DNA of 64,000 nt from Planctomycetia bacterium (lineage in GTDB: Bacteria; Planctomycetota; Planctomycetia; Pirellulales; UBA1268). A model generated the notes under the pieces. It was not told the origin of the DNA. It saw nothing but the letters and a program-made list of their open reading frames with translations, and searched no databases. The position numbers and the translations under genes were made by a program. The stretch is taken from the NCBI GenBank assembly GCA_046343855.1, contig JBKDMX010000114.1:3803-67802 (forward strand). The letters are read 5' to 3'. Below are positions 56,201 to 63,577 of this stretch, in pieces (the stretch's first letter is position 1; every line of letters begins with the position of its first letter).

Positions 56201-56225
56201 CAGCATCCCCGTCGAAGTCCGGTAA
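50235..56225 (+). CDS. Alpha-2-macroglobulin family protein (about 1996 aa, apparently thioester-less)
   Basis: ORF 50091..56225. I prefer the GTG at 50235, with GGAGGG 7 nt upstream, giving the signal-like VPSRFAAVVLLLAGFLFGA. It has an N-terminal helical region, many MG-type beta-domains, and a TED-like region (LRNHDGGWPWFPGG). The position expected for CxEQ reads IMEQ. Confidence 0.85.
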   Translation: MPSRFAAVVLLLAGFLFGATRMTREDARGDEVPNGSPAEIARDIATKVLAETRDRPADDPERLIRLAAASDKAPAESRGVLEAIRANWTWGFFMNNRWRFAQRTGGGAADGLASIASWDLPKIVGEIRGRFAAAIAQKDALQKLPVTEWNAVLEPGTMPDAYRPTVWDVIVRDALAFAESGERGLVDPEDAFELSADGPALGTRDEFLAWRPAEDPAVTDRDSPLLQAAGLYRDLIEFHAGDAERTALLSADLDRILWASAHTVGDEIADRKRGALEAFIAKAGDHETAALARYHLAAVAREENDLVEARAIAAQAVEQHPKSPGAKLCKNLIAEIEGKSLNVFVERTWAKPWPVLCVRYRNLGTVHLRIVKADWMERMLAGRAHAGWLDDAERAKLLAATPLKAFKSELPPTGDYQERSHDIPVPQDLAPGSYWVIASTREDFGEQDNAVSAGLVWVSRLGLVTNGSNPRVGQPLTGHVVDIASGEPLANASVQMFVQQQGHPPRFAPGKTATTDRDGRYELPAEQGREVVLLVKASVDGRDETVGSEPAHTWQQPPQEPHNSIVLMTDRGIHRPGQIVFYKGILCHSDPERREYAAVAGKPVKAVLRDANGREVAQAELKTNANGSFHGEFAIATGALPGQWTILAEGPNAAGVANVRVEEYKRPTFQVKFGAATGEVVLDRPVTLTGTATTYTGLPVAGAKVRYRVEREMRFPDWCRWFFPWLPFGGSAANIARGTAVTDANGAFTVTFPAKPDRSVPRESAPVFTYAVKADVTDAAGETRSDERRVSAGYAAIEAAVSAEKWQEVGKAGEPAAVALTVGTHSLDGDPRAAGGTLKIFTLVQPAEVARGDAFASEPRPMRMSRRRGGRPAAIPPQPPVNDPSDPETWALGDVVFSETVRTDPATGKVLATAKLPAGIYRAEFEVAASDPSVKARRTIEVIDPAAARYPVKRPFLLTAQRLSAEPGSEFRAIAATGYDRGRMLVEVSQSGKTLARFWTEPGRTQWPITVKVGEEHRGGFSIRAWLVRNGRLHAETLTVDVPWTNKQLSIAWERFTRRVEPAAQEVWRAKIKATGAADAPAVAEMVATLYDQSLDALAAHDWPSGLGNLFRREWDSRVNAFSNGGLALNQIGGNWEMRYEPVEISYREFRDEFGPGGGGAGVGIVRGGMKRGMMPEVAMMAAPAAAAMDAEGVATNGILRKGGDAAAPPPAASRTAAPPPPRKNLAETAFFFPALRSGADGAVTIEFTLPDTLTTWQFKSLAHDASLRSGTLLDACVAAKDLMVEPMPPRFLREGDVVEIPVKVSNRSTGRLSGTVQFDLADARTGVSRDELVATARSQPFDLAAGESQPVFFTVKVAEGTETLRYLATGSAGRASDGEEALLPVLSKRVLVTETVPITLRGPGEKRVVVERLAKPADSIESQSFVVQAASNPAWYAVMALPSIMEQADESTETLFTRLYANTLARHIATRDPRIQKIFEQWKGTKALVSPLEKNADLVTTLLAETPWVREAVDETEVRARIALLFDANRAADEAKGALARLEALRNHDGGWPWFPGGTTCDSVSLGIIAGFGRLRVAGATIDVQPALAALPWLDGRLIEERKRAEKTWGSKPDDMVLTPIGAFALYARSFFKNDAAPQDEAAEAVRWGLDVGRKSWQKLDARRSQGHLAIALHRAGDRETSRAIVKSLDERSTGRDGQEDNWQGMWWRDLHPGWWSWAHAPIETQAVMIEAFDEVAGDAAAVEALKAWLLSQKRTSRWPGSRATADAVAALFGRGDDLLAAKELVTVTVGGEPVQAADAEAGTGFFEERFVRREITPKLAEVVMKKADAGIAWGGIHWQYLDDIANVPAAGRGELAIEKRLFVKRFTKAGPVLEPAVEGAATKLAVGDELVVRLVVTSDRDYEFLELADHRPSLTEPVDVLSGWRWGDGVGWYVAIRDASMQLFFERLPRGTHVFEYSLRAAHRGSGSSGFARIQSRYAPEFAAHSASIPVEVR

Positions 56226-56240
56226 TACACGATTGGGGAA

Positions 56241-56288
56241 GACAGGCAGAGACGCCTGTCCTACGTACGACAGGCCTCTGTGGCTGTC
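56241..56288. repeat. Two adjacent 24-nt hairpin repeat units (opposite orientations)
   Basis: GACAGGCAGAGACGCCTGTCCTAC (56241-56264) and GTACGACAGGCCTCTGTGGCTGTC (56265-56288). They are members of the GTAGGACAGGC-loop-GCCTGTC family. Confidence 0.85.
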
Positions 56289-56312
56289 TCTCCCTATGCT
56301 ATCCTCCCCCTC

Positions 56313-56738
56313 ATGTCCGACTCCCCAACCTCCCTCACGAACGAACTCGCCCGCGAGCGCAACCGCGAAGCGGCCGATCGCACGTTGCTGGCATGGGTGC
56401 GCACGAGTCTGGCGATGATCTCGCTCGGCTTCGGCATCGAGCGACTGGGGCAGGCGGCGCTTGCGTTCGATGGTCGGATGGTCGGCTTCTCGCCGGTGAA
56501 GACGCGGCTCTTCGGTGCAACGCTCATTGCGCTCGGCGTGGCGGCCACGCTCGCCGGGATGTGGGAGCACAAGCGGGTGCTCACCTCCATTGCGGGTGCG
56601 GACTACCGCTATGCAGACCGGCCGCCGATCGCCCGCTACATGGGGGTCGCGCTCGTCATCGTGGGACTTGCGGCCCTGGCGATGATGCTCGTTCATTTCG
56701 GGCAACCGGAGGCGGCCGCTCCAGTCGGCGCGCCATGA
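56313..56738 (+). CDS. DUF202 (YidH-like) membrane protein
   Basis: ATG at 56313 (MSDSPTS). Family signature NELARERNREAADRTLLAWVRTSLA. Three TM segments. The stop overlaps the lactate permease start (ATGA). Confidence 0.75.
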   Translation: MSDSPTSLTNELARERNREAADRTLLAWVRTSLAMISLGFGIERLGQAALAFDGRMVGFSPVKTRLFGATLIALGVAATLAGMWEHKRVLTSIAGADYRYADRPPIARYMGVALVIVGLAALAMMLVHFGQPEAAAPVGAP

Positions 56739-58420
56739 CCTGGTCGCAGGGATACGACCCCTTTCACGCGGCATGGGCCTCGACCTTCGTGGCGGCACTG
56801 CCGCTGGCCGCCCTGCTCGGCCTTCTTGCCTTCGCGTCGTGGTCGGGACTGCGGGCGGCTCTCGCCGGTCTCTTCACGGCGCTCGTGGTGGCGATCGTCG
56901 CGTTCGGCATGCCGGCCGATGCGGCCTGTGCCGCCGCGCTGCATGGGGCAGCCTTCGGCCTCTTTCCCATCGGGTGGATCGTCGTCACGGCGATGTTTCT
57001 CTATTGTCTTTCCGCCGAGGCGGGTGGTCTCGAGATCATGAAGCGATCGGTTGCGCGGCTCTCGGCCGACCACCGCGTGCAGGCGCTTTTGATCGCGTTT
57101 TCATTCGGCGCGTTTCTCGAGGGTGCGGCGGGATTCGGCGCGCCGGTGGCGATTTCGGCGGCGCTGCTCGTGGGGGCCGGCTTCCCGGCCATCGAGGCGG
57201 CGGTGCTGTCGCTGATCGCCAACACGGCGCCCGTCGCCTTCGGGGCCCTCGGCACACCGATCATCACGCTGGCGAAGGTGACGGGGCTCGACGAGCATGC
57301 GATCTCGATGATGGCAGGCCGGCAGCTTCCTTTTTTCTCGCTCGTCGTGCCGGCGTGGCTGGTCTGCACGATGGCGGGCTGGCGCGGGCTCGTGGGCGTC
57401 TGGCCGGCGGTGCTCGTCTGCGGGGCGTCGTTCGCACTCGTGCAGTTCGCCGTTTCGAACGTCCTCGGGGCGGCACTGGTGGACGTGGTCGGCGGCCTGG
57501 CGAGCCTGGTGGCGCTCGCCCTTTTTCTGAGGGTCTGGCAGCCTCGGGAGTGCTGGCGGTACGACGCGGTGGGGCGGCGGTTCGACCTTTCATCGCCGGG
57601 GCACGACGCCATGCGCACGATCGCCTGGGCGTGGATGCCATGGGCGCTGCTCTCGCTCACCGTCTTCGCGTGGGGCCTGCCGCAGGCCAAGGCCGGCTTC
57701 GCCAAGCTGCCGCAGCCTGTCGTCGCGCCCGAGTTCGCCGTGCCGCGGCTCGACGGCCGGATCGCGAAGGTGCCGCCGGCGACCCGCGAGCCGCTCGAGA
57801 TCGAGCGGGCGGTCTACCGGCTCAACTGGCTCTCGGCCGCGGGCACGGCGATTCTCGTGGCGTCGTTGGCAGCCGTGCCCTGGCTGGGGATTCCTTGGCG
57901 GCGGGCGTGGCGGATCTGGTGGCAGAACTTCTGGCGACTCCGAGAATCGCTCGCCACGATCGCGGCGATGCTCGGGCTTGCATTCGTGACGCGCTACTCA
58001 GGCACCGACGTCACGCTCGGCCTGGCGATGACCTGGTCGGGACCGTTCTATCCCTTCTTCGCGCCGCTCCTGGGTTGGCTCGGCGTGGCGCTCACCGGCA
58101 GCGACACCTCGAGCAACGCGATGTTCGGCAGCCTGCAGCGGGTGACGGCGGAACAATTGGGGCTCGATCCGCTCCTCGTCTGCACGGCCAATAGCACCGG
58201 CGGTGTGATGGGGAAAATGATCGACGCTCAGAGCATCGTCGTTTCCGCCACGGCCACGGGCACGCACCGCCAAGAGGGGACGATCCTGCGCCGCGTGTTT
58301 CCGCATTCGCTCGCCCTGGTCATCCTCATGGGGCTTGTGGTCTGGCTCCAGGCCGGGCCGCTGGCCTGGATGGTGCCCGTCACGAACGACGCGGGCCGGC
58401 CAGCAGCGACACAGCCGTGA
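56735..58420 (+). CDS. L-lactate/glycolate permease (LctP family)
   Basis: ATG at 56735 (MTWSQGYDP), internal to ORF 56015..58420. 561 aa. LctP-typical blocks: LIAFSFGAFLEGAAGFGAPVAISAALLVG, IANTAPVAFGALGTPI, GSDTSSNAMFGSLQ. Confidence 0.9.
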   Translation: MTWSQGYDPFHAAWASTFVAALPLAALLGLLAFASWSGLRAALAGLFTALVVAIVAFGMPADAACAAALHGAAFGLFPIGWIVVTAMFLYCLSAEAGGLEIMKRSVARLSADHRVQALLIAFSFGAFLEGAAGFGAPVAISAALLVGAGFPAIEAAVLSLIANTAPVAFGALGTPIITLAKVTGLDEHAISMMAGRQLPFFSLVVPAWLVCTMAGWRGLVGVWPAVLVCGASFALVQFAVSNVLGAALVDVVGGLASLVALALFLRVWQPRECWRYDAVGRRFDLSSPGHDAMRTIAWAWMPWALLSLTVFAWGLPQAKAGFAKLPQPVVAPEFAVPRLDGRIAKVPPATREPLEIERAVYRLNWLSAAGTAILVASLAAVPWLGIPWRRAWRIWWQNFWRLRESLATIAAMLGLAFVTRYSGTDVTLGLAMTWSGPFYPFFAPLLGWLGVALTGSDTSSNAMFGSLQRVTAEQLGLDPLLVCTANSTGGVMGKMIDAQSIVVSATATGTHRQEGTILRRVFPHSLALVILMGLVVWLQAGPLAWMVPVTNDAGRPAATQP

Positions 58421-59261
58421 CGATCACGGGCACGGCGAGGCAGCAGATGCCGATCGCGAGTAGGGCCGCGACGGTTGGCGGGGCGTCGAATCGGCTGCGG
58501 CCGGCGAGTGTCTGCAACAGTGCGTAGGTGAGCAGGAGCGCGGTGCCGAACGTCGAGCAGGCAACGAGCCGCCATCGACGCGGCTCGCCGAGGCCGGCCT
58601 GCCGCGCCGCCCAGGCAACGAACGGGAGCCATTGGATCGCGTGCATCGCCATGCCGTGGGGAAATTTCGCGACGCCAGCGGCGCCGTAGACCTCGGGTGG
58701 TTGACCGTTCGCCGCCCGCAGATCGCCATACGCGCCGATCCAGACGCCGAGCAGGCAGGAGATCGCCAGGAACACGAGCCCCGATCGGGCCGCGAGGAGC
58801 ATGTCGGCAGGCAGCGTGGTGCGTTGCCAGCAGGAACGGATCGTGAGGTCGACGATGACGAGCGTCGCAAACAGGATCAACGCCCCCATCACGTCGTAGA
58901 GCAATGAATCGAGACGTGTCTGCCGATTGAAGTGGCTGGCCACGCCCCGCCAGCGCTGCAGGTCGATGAGCGCGACCTCGACGAGGAGCGCCCAGCCGGT
59001 GGCCGCAGCCAGCCAGCCGTCGCCGCGGCGCCACGGCAGCTGCGCCCAGGACCAGCCAAGCGAGACACACGTCAGCCCTCCGGAGATGCCGAAGAGGATC
59101 GGCTTCCGCCAGGTGACGGGGCCCTCCCAGGGGCCACCGAGCACGGCCCACGCGACCGCGTGCGCCAGACCGCTGGCGACGAGCAGGATGCCGATCGCGG
59201 CCAGCGTCCGGCCGCGGCGGTCGGTAAACCAGTGGTGCGTGGTCGAGGGCGTCGTGTGCAT
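58380..59261 (-). CDS. Hypothetical integral membrane protein
   Basis: The last 293 aa of ORF 58380..59801 (ATG 59261, MHTTPSTTHHW). It has about 7-8 hydrophobic helices and a conserved-looking KFPHGMAMHAIQW. The 3' end overlaps the convergent permease by 41 nt. Confidence 0.55.
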   Translation of the reverse strand: MHTTPSTTHHWFTDRRGRTLAAIGILLVASGLAHAVAWAVLGGPWEGPVTWRKPILFGISGGLTCVSLGWSWAQLPWRRGDGWLAAATGWALLVEVALIDLQRWRGVASHFNRQTRLDSLLYDVMGALILFATLVIVDLTIRSCWQRTTLPADMLLAARSGLVFLAISCLLGVWIGAYGDLRAANGQPPEVYGAAGVAKFPHGMAMHAIQWLPFVAWAARQAGLGEPRRWRLVACSTFGTALLLTYALLQTLAGRSRFDAPPTVAALLAIGICCLAVPVIVTAVSLLAGPRRS

Positions 59262-59272
59262 GGGTTCGCAGT

Positions 59273-59357
59273 GTAGGACAGGCCTCTGTGCCTGTCTGGA
59301 TTGGGACAGGCACGGAGGCCTGTCGTACGATGTGACAGGCAGAGACGCCTGTCCTAC
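59273..59357. repeat. Array of three 24-nt hairpin repeat units
   Basis: GTAGGACAGGCCTCTGTGCCTGTC (59273-59296), GACAGGCACGGAGGCCTGTCGTAC (59305-59328) and GACAGGCAGAGACGCCTGTCCTAC (59334-59357). The last unit contains the TAG stop (59356-59354) of the upstream gene. Confidence 0.9.
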
Positions 59358-59845
59358 AGGTTCATGCCGAGGAAGCCGCCGGCGGCGTCGCTGGCGGCCT
59401 GCTCGCGGGCGAGCCGTTCGATGGCCCGCGAGAGATCGCCCGCGGCGATGTAGCGGTCGAATTCCACCTCGACGGCGTGCTTCACCGAGAGCGTGAGCCA
59501 CTGCACGGCCGGCTGCGTGAGCCAGTCGCAGGTCTCCTTCTCCAGGCGGACGGCGAGGTCGCTGCCGACCGTCTTGCGGTCGAACTCGTCGGTGAGGACC
59601 GTCCCCTCGAACGAGAACTGGACCCAGCCGATGGCGGGATCGTTGGTGAATCGAAACGTGCAGTTCGAGTTCGTGAGATAATAGGTGTTGCGGGTGCCGT
59701 GCTTGGCCACGGCGTGTTGGATTCGTTCGAGCCGCGCGCGAAACACCGGCGAGGCATCGAGCGGAATGTCGAGCCGCTGCAGGCCGCGGAGCGGCGTGCA
59801 ATCGAACGTGATCGCGACGGCGGGCTGGAGAGGCTGCTCATCCAT
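59354..59845 (-). CDS. Hypothetical protein (163 aa)
   Basis: Internal ATG 59845 (MDEQPLQP) of ORF 59354..59986, with good GC3. I recognised no family. Its start codon overlaps the divergent apbE start. Confidence 0.5.
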   Translation of the reverse strand: MDEQPLQPAVAITFDCTPLRGLQRLDIPLDASPVFRARLERIQHAVAKHGTRNTYYLTNSNCTFRFTNDPAIGWVQFSFEGTVLTDEFDRKTVGSDLAVRLEKETCDWLTQPAVQWLTLSVKHAVEVEFDRYIAAGDLSRAIERLAREQAASDAAGGFLGMNL

Positions 59846-60890
59846 GACGGCAAAGTCTATCCGATCGATGCTCTGGCTGGCAGCCTGCCTGACCGCGCTG
59901 GTCGCGGTCTCGAGCGGGTGCGGCCGCGGTGGCCCGGTTCGCATGATCGAGACCCGACGGCTGATGGGCGTGCCGTGGACGATCACGCTCTATGCCGCAT
60001 CGGAGGCGGCGGGGCGGGAGGCCGCAGGGGCGGCGTTTGCCGAGGCGGAGCGGCTCAATGGCATTCTTTCCGACTACGACGAAACGAGCGAACTCTCGCG
60101 ACTTTCCGCGGCCGCCCCGACGGCGTCGCCCGTGGCGGTGAGCGACGATCTCTGGCGGGTGCTCGAACGGGCGGTGGCGATCCGCGAGGCCACCGGCGGG
60201 GCGTTTGACCCGACGGTCGGTCCGCTGACCGCGCTCTGGCGGCAGTCGCGGCGGTCGGGCGAGTTGCCGCGGCCCGACAAGCTCGCCGCGGCACGCGCCG
60301 CCGTGGGGCCCGAGAAACTCCTGCTCGACCGTGATCGCCGGGAGGTGCAGCTCACCGCAGAGGGCATGCGTCTCGATCTCGGCGGCATCGGGATGGGATA
60401 TGCAATTGACCGCGCGCTCGAGGTCTTGCGGAAGCGATCGATCACCGCGGCGATGATCGATGCCTCGGGCGACATCGGCGTGTCGGGGCCGCCGCCGGGC
60501 AGCCCGGGATGGCGGATCGAGGTGGCTCCGCTCGATCCGCTGGCGACCGATGCGCCGCGGCAGACGCTCGTGCTCGTCGATGCCGCGGTGACCACGTCGG
60601 GGGATGCCCGTCAGGGGGTGGAGATCGACGGGATTCGCTACAGCCACATCGTGGATCCGCGCACCGGGATCGGGGTCGTGGGGCCGGCGGCCGTCACGGT
60701 GATCGCGGCCGACTGCGCGACGGCCGATGCCCTCGCTACGGCGGCAAGCGTGCTCGGCCCGGGGGAAGGCTTGCGGGCCGTGGCGGCGGAGGCCGGGGCG
60801 GCCGCGCGATTCGTCTGGCTCGAGGCCGGCGGGGCTCGCGAAGCCCGCTCTCCCCGCTGGCCTGCGCAGCCTTCCCAGCCTGATGAGTGA
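59844..60890 (+). CDS. apbE: FAD:protein FMN transferase (ApbE), lipoprotein
   Basis: ATG at 59844 (MTAKSIRSMLWLAACLTALVAVSSGC, lipobox). ApbE blocks: GGAFDPTVGPL, LDLGGIGMGYAID, VTTSGD, YSHIVDPRTG. Confidence 0.85.
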   Translation: MTAKSIRSMLWLAACLTALVAVSSGCGRGGPVRMIETRRLMGVPWTITLYAASEAAGREAAGAAFAEAERLNGILSDYDETSELSRLSAAAPTASPVAVSDDLWRVLERAVAIREATGGAFDPTVGPLTALWRQSRRSGELPRPDKLAAARAAVGPEKLLLDRDRREVQLTAEGMRLDLGGIGMGYAIDRALEVLRKRSITAAMIDASGDIGVSGPPPGSPGWRIEVAPLDPLATDAPRQTLVLVDAAVTTSGDARQGVEIDGIRYSHIVDPRTGIGVVGPAAVTVIAADCATADALATAASVLGPGEGLRAVAAEAGAAARFVWLEAGGAREARSPRWPAQPSQPDE

Positions 60891-61097
60891 TTGGGCTGAC
60901 TCTGACGATTCCCCCAAGTTTGCGGGTAGTAGGGCCGATAAGTCCCGTGCTGTCGCTGCGCCTGGGTGCACGCGATGCAGGTGTGGAGTCGGGGGGCACC
61001 ACGCCGGGAAGTTCCGCTGTTCTGCGGACCGTTCCCCTCGGGCGCAGCGGCGGCACTTTGAACACAACCTGTTTTTCCACCGTCTGCAGAGCCCCCC

Positions 61098-63380
61098 GTG
61101 CACCGCACCATCCGCGCCATCTGGGTGATCCTGACGAGCATTTCGATGCTCGCGGGCGGGTGTGCGCCGCGGCAGCCGTTCTACTTTTTCGAGGACGGCG
61201 ACCTCTCGCATTACGTCGGTGCGATCCAGAAGCTCGAATACCCGGACACCGATCAGCAGCCGCTTGACGAGGCGGCCGGCACGACCGAGCCGCTCACGCT
61301 GACGAACGCCAGATTCGACCAGATCTGGGAACTCTCCCTCGAGGAGGCAGTCCGCACGGCGCTCGAAAACGGCAAGGTGCTTCGCAACCTCGGTGGCCGG
61401 TTCGCGAGCTTCGGCGGCCCGCGGCCCCAGACCGGCGAGCCGCCCGTGTCGCTGCTGACGGCGCCGGCGCTCACGCCGAGCATCTACGACCCGGCGATCA
61501 CCGAGACCGATCCGTTCCGCGGCGTGGAGAGCGCGCTTGCCCTCTTCGACGCGCAGCTCACGAGCTCGCTCACCTGGGACCGGCTCAACCGCGCACAAAA
61601 CTTTGACGCCCGTGGCGGCACGATCTTCCCGCAGCACCTCCTCGGCGACACCGGCAACTGGACGACCGGCGTCACCAAGCGCACGGCGACCGGTGCCACG
61701 TTTGGCTTCGCCAACCAGACGATTTACGACAACAACAACTCGCCGATTCGCGAGGTGCCCTCGACCTGGACCACGAACTACGACTTCAGCTTCAACCAGC
61801 CGCTGTTGCAGGGCGCGGGTGTGACCTACAACCGGATCGCCGGCCCCGACGCCTTCGAAAACATCTACGGCCGGCCCGCCTTTCGCGGCGTGCTGCTGGC
61901 CCGCGTGAACGCCGATATTTCGCTCGCCGAGTTCGAGGCCGGCGTGCGCAACCTCGTGAGCGACACGGAGCAATCCTACTGGGAGCTCTACTTCGCCTAC
62001 CGCAACCTCGAGGCCCGCAAGGCGGGCCGCGATAGCGCGCTCGAGGCCTGGCGGAAGGTGCATGCCCTCTACGTGGAGCAGTCGCGCGGTGGCGAGGCCG
62101 ACAAGGAGGCGCAGGCCCGCGAGCAGTATTTCTTCTTCCGCAGCGAGGTGGAGCAGGCGTTGACCGACGTCTACCGCTGCGAAAATCGGCTTCGCTACAT
62201 GATGGGCATCACGGCCAGCGACGGCCGGCTCATTCGCCCGTCTGACGAGCCGACCACGGCCCGGATCGCCTTCGACTGGCAGCAGTCGCTCGTCGAGGCG
62301 CTCTCGCGGTCGGCGGAGTTGCGCAAGCAGAAGTGGGTGATCAAGCAGCGCGAGCTCGAACTCACGGCCGCCAAGAACCTGCTCCTGCCACGGCTTGATC
62401 TCATCGGACGCTGGCGATTCCTCGGCATGGGCCAGGACCTGATCAACCAGAGCTACAACCCCTACAACGCCGACAACCTCGATCCGCTGTTGGGCACCGA
62501 CGCCTACTCGACGATGTTCAGCGGCAAGTTTCAGGAATGGCAGGCTGGGGCGCAGTTTCAGATGCCGATCGGCTTCCGACGCGAGCTCTCGACCGTGCGG
62601 CACTTCCAGCTGAGCCTCGCCCGCGAGCGGGCCCGCCTGCAGGACGAGGAGCTCGAGGCCTCGCACGCGCTCGTCGAGGCCGTGCGAAACGTCGACACGA
62701 ATTTCGCGCTGTCGCAGACCAACTTCAACCGCCGCGTGGCGGCTGAGAAGCAGGTGGAGGCGGTGCAGGCGGCCTACGATGCCGGCACGGTCACGCTCGA
62801 CCAACTGCTCGATGCCCAGCGCCGCCGGGCCGAAGCGGAGAGCTCCTATTACCGGGCGCTCATCGACTACAACCGCTCGATCTCCCAACTGCATTATCGC
62901 AAGGGCTCGCTGCTCGAATACAACGGTGTCTTCCTCTCGGAAGGCCCGTGGCCGGGCAAGGCGTATTTCGACGCCCACCGTCGGGCGCGGCAGCGTGATG
63001 CCAGCCTTTATCTGGACTACGGCCACTCGCGGCCGGGCGTCTTCAGCCGCGGTGCGATCACGCAAAACTTCGAATCGGTCGGTGCCGACGCCCGTGCCGT
63101 GCAGCTGCCGCCCCGCGACCCGGCCACCCGCGAGGATGACCAGCAGGTGCCGCGCGTGTTCCCCGGTGCACCGCAGCAGAAGGGCGTGGCCCCGGAACTG
63201 ATCCCCACGCCGCCCCCGGCAATTCCCGCCCCGGGCGCCGCGGCGATCGGGTTGCCGCCGGTGACGGCGGCCCCGCGTGACGAGGCCGTCAGGGCGGTGG
63301 CCCACTGGTCGAAGGCGGTGCTGCCGCCCGGCAGAGAGGTCACCACGCCCGACGCCGCCGCAGCGACGCAGTTTCGGTAG
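61098..63380 (+). CDS. TolC/NodT-family outer-membrane efflux lipoprotein, extended (760 aa)
   Basis: GTG start. Lipobox SMLAGGC. Two TolC-type repeat halves (LSLEEAVRTALENG..., coiled-coil segments LDQLLDAQRRRAEAESSYYRALIDYN). A Pro-rich ~110-aa C-terminal tail. Confidence 0.8.
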   Translation: MHRTIRAIWVILTSISMLAGGCAPRQPFYFFEDGDLSHYVGAIQKLEYPDTDQQPLDEAAGTTEPLTLTNARFDQIWELSLEEAVRTALENGKVLRNLGGRFASFGGPRPQTGEPPVSLLTAPALTPSIYDPAITETDPFRGVESALALFDAQLTSSLTWDRLNRAQNFDARGGTIFPQHLLGDTGNWTTGVTKRTATGATFGFANQTIYDNNNSPIREVPSTWTTNYDFSFNQPLLQGAGVTYNRIAGPDAFENIYGRPAFRGVLLARVNADISLAEFEAGVRNLVSDTEQSYWELYFAYRNLEARKAGRDSALEAWRKVHALYVEQSRGGEADKEAQAREQYFFFRSEVEQALTDVYRCENRLRYMMGITASDGRLIRPSDEPTTARIAFDWQQSLVEALSRSAELRKQKWVIKQRELELTAAKNLLLPRLDLIGRWRFLGMGQDLINQSYNPYNADNLDPLLGTDAYSTMFSGKFQEWQAGAQFQMPIGFRRELSTVRHFQLSLARERARLQDEELEASHALVEAVRNVDTNFALSQTNFNRRVAAEKQVEAVQAAYDAGTVTLDQLLDAQRRRAEAESSYYRALIDYNRSISQLHYRKGSLLEYNGVFLSEGPWPGKAYFDAHRRARQRDASLYLDYGHSRPGVFSRGAITQNFESVGADARAVQLPPRDPATREDDQQVPRVFPGAPQQKGVAPELIPTPPPAIPAPGAAAIGLPPVTAAPRDEAVRAVAHWSKAVLPPGREVTTPDAAAATQFR

Positions 63381-63577
63381 ACCGCTTGCGACAGGCACGG
63401 AGGCCTGTCCTACGGCGTAGGCGAGGGGGTCGGCGGAAGCGTGACGAGCATTTGGCCCGAGTCCGCGAGGGACACCGCGAGGCACCTTCTGCCGCCCACG
63501 AGCCGGTGCGAAGTTGTTTGGGGATCCGCTTGCAGAGCAAGCGGTCTGCTTTCGACAGGCACGGAGGCCTGTCCTAC
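63381..63577. repeat. Modular intergenic repeat (inverted relative to the 11.3-kb copy): partial hairpin A, hairpin C (63390-63413), inverted unit B (~63417-63508), inverted hairpin A (63523-63549), hairpin C (63554-63577)
   Basis: GACAGGCACGGAGGCCTGTCCTAC occurs twice. The reverse complement of 63417-63508 aligns by eye with unit B at 11277-11368, differing at a few substitutions. Confidence 0.85.

Noticed and set aside
52908-56798. 1296-aa minus-strand ORF, plus other long antisense ORFs (for example 1946..3253, 7909..9585, 20667..22664+, 24065..25405+, 30731..33007+, 43151..44713+, 46170..47978+).
   Set aside because: All overlap genes with strong motif support on the other strand and translate to low-complexity R/G/P/A-rich sequence. 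No independent evidence supports them.
59273-59357. Whether the 24-nt hairpin arrays are a CRISPR array.
   Set aside because: Units are palindromic hairpins in mixed orientation with 0-9 nt between them. There are no unique spacers of 25-40 nt and no cas genes. They behave like REP/BIME elements.
61650-61720. TATGATF in the TolC-like protein as an ApbE flavinylation motif ([ST]GA[ST]).
   Set aside because: The short motif lacks the upstream Asp context and lies in a predicted barrel/helical region of an outer-membrane protein. It is most likely coincidental.
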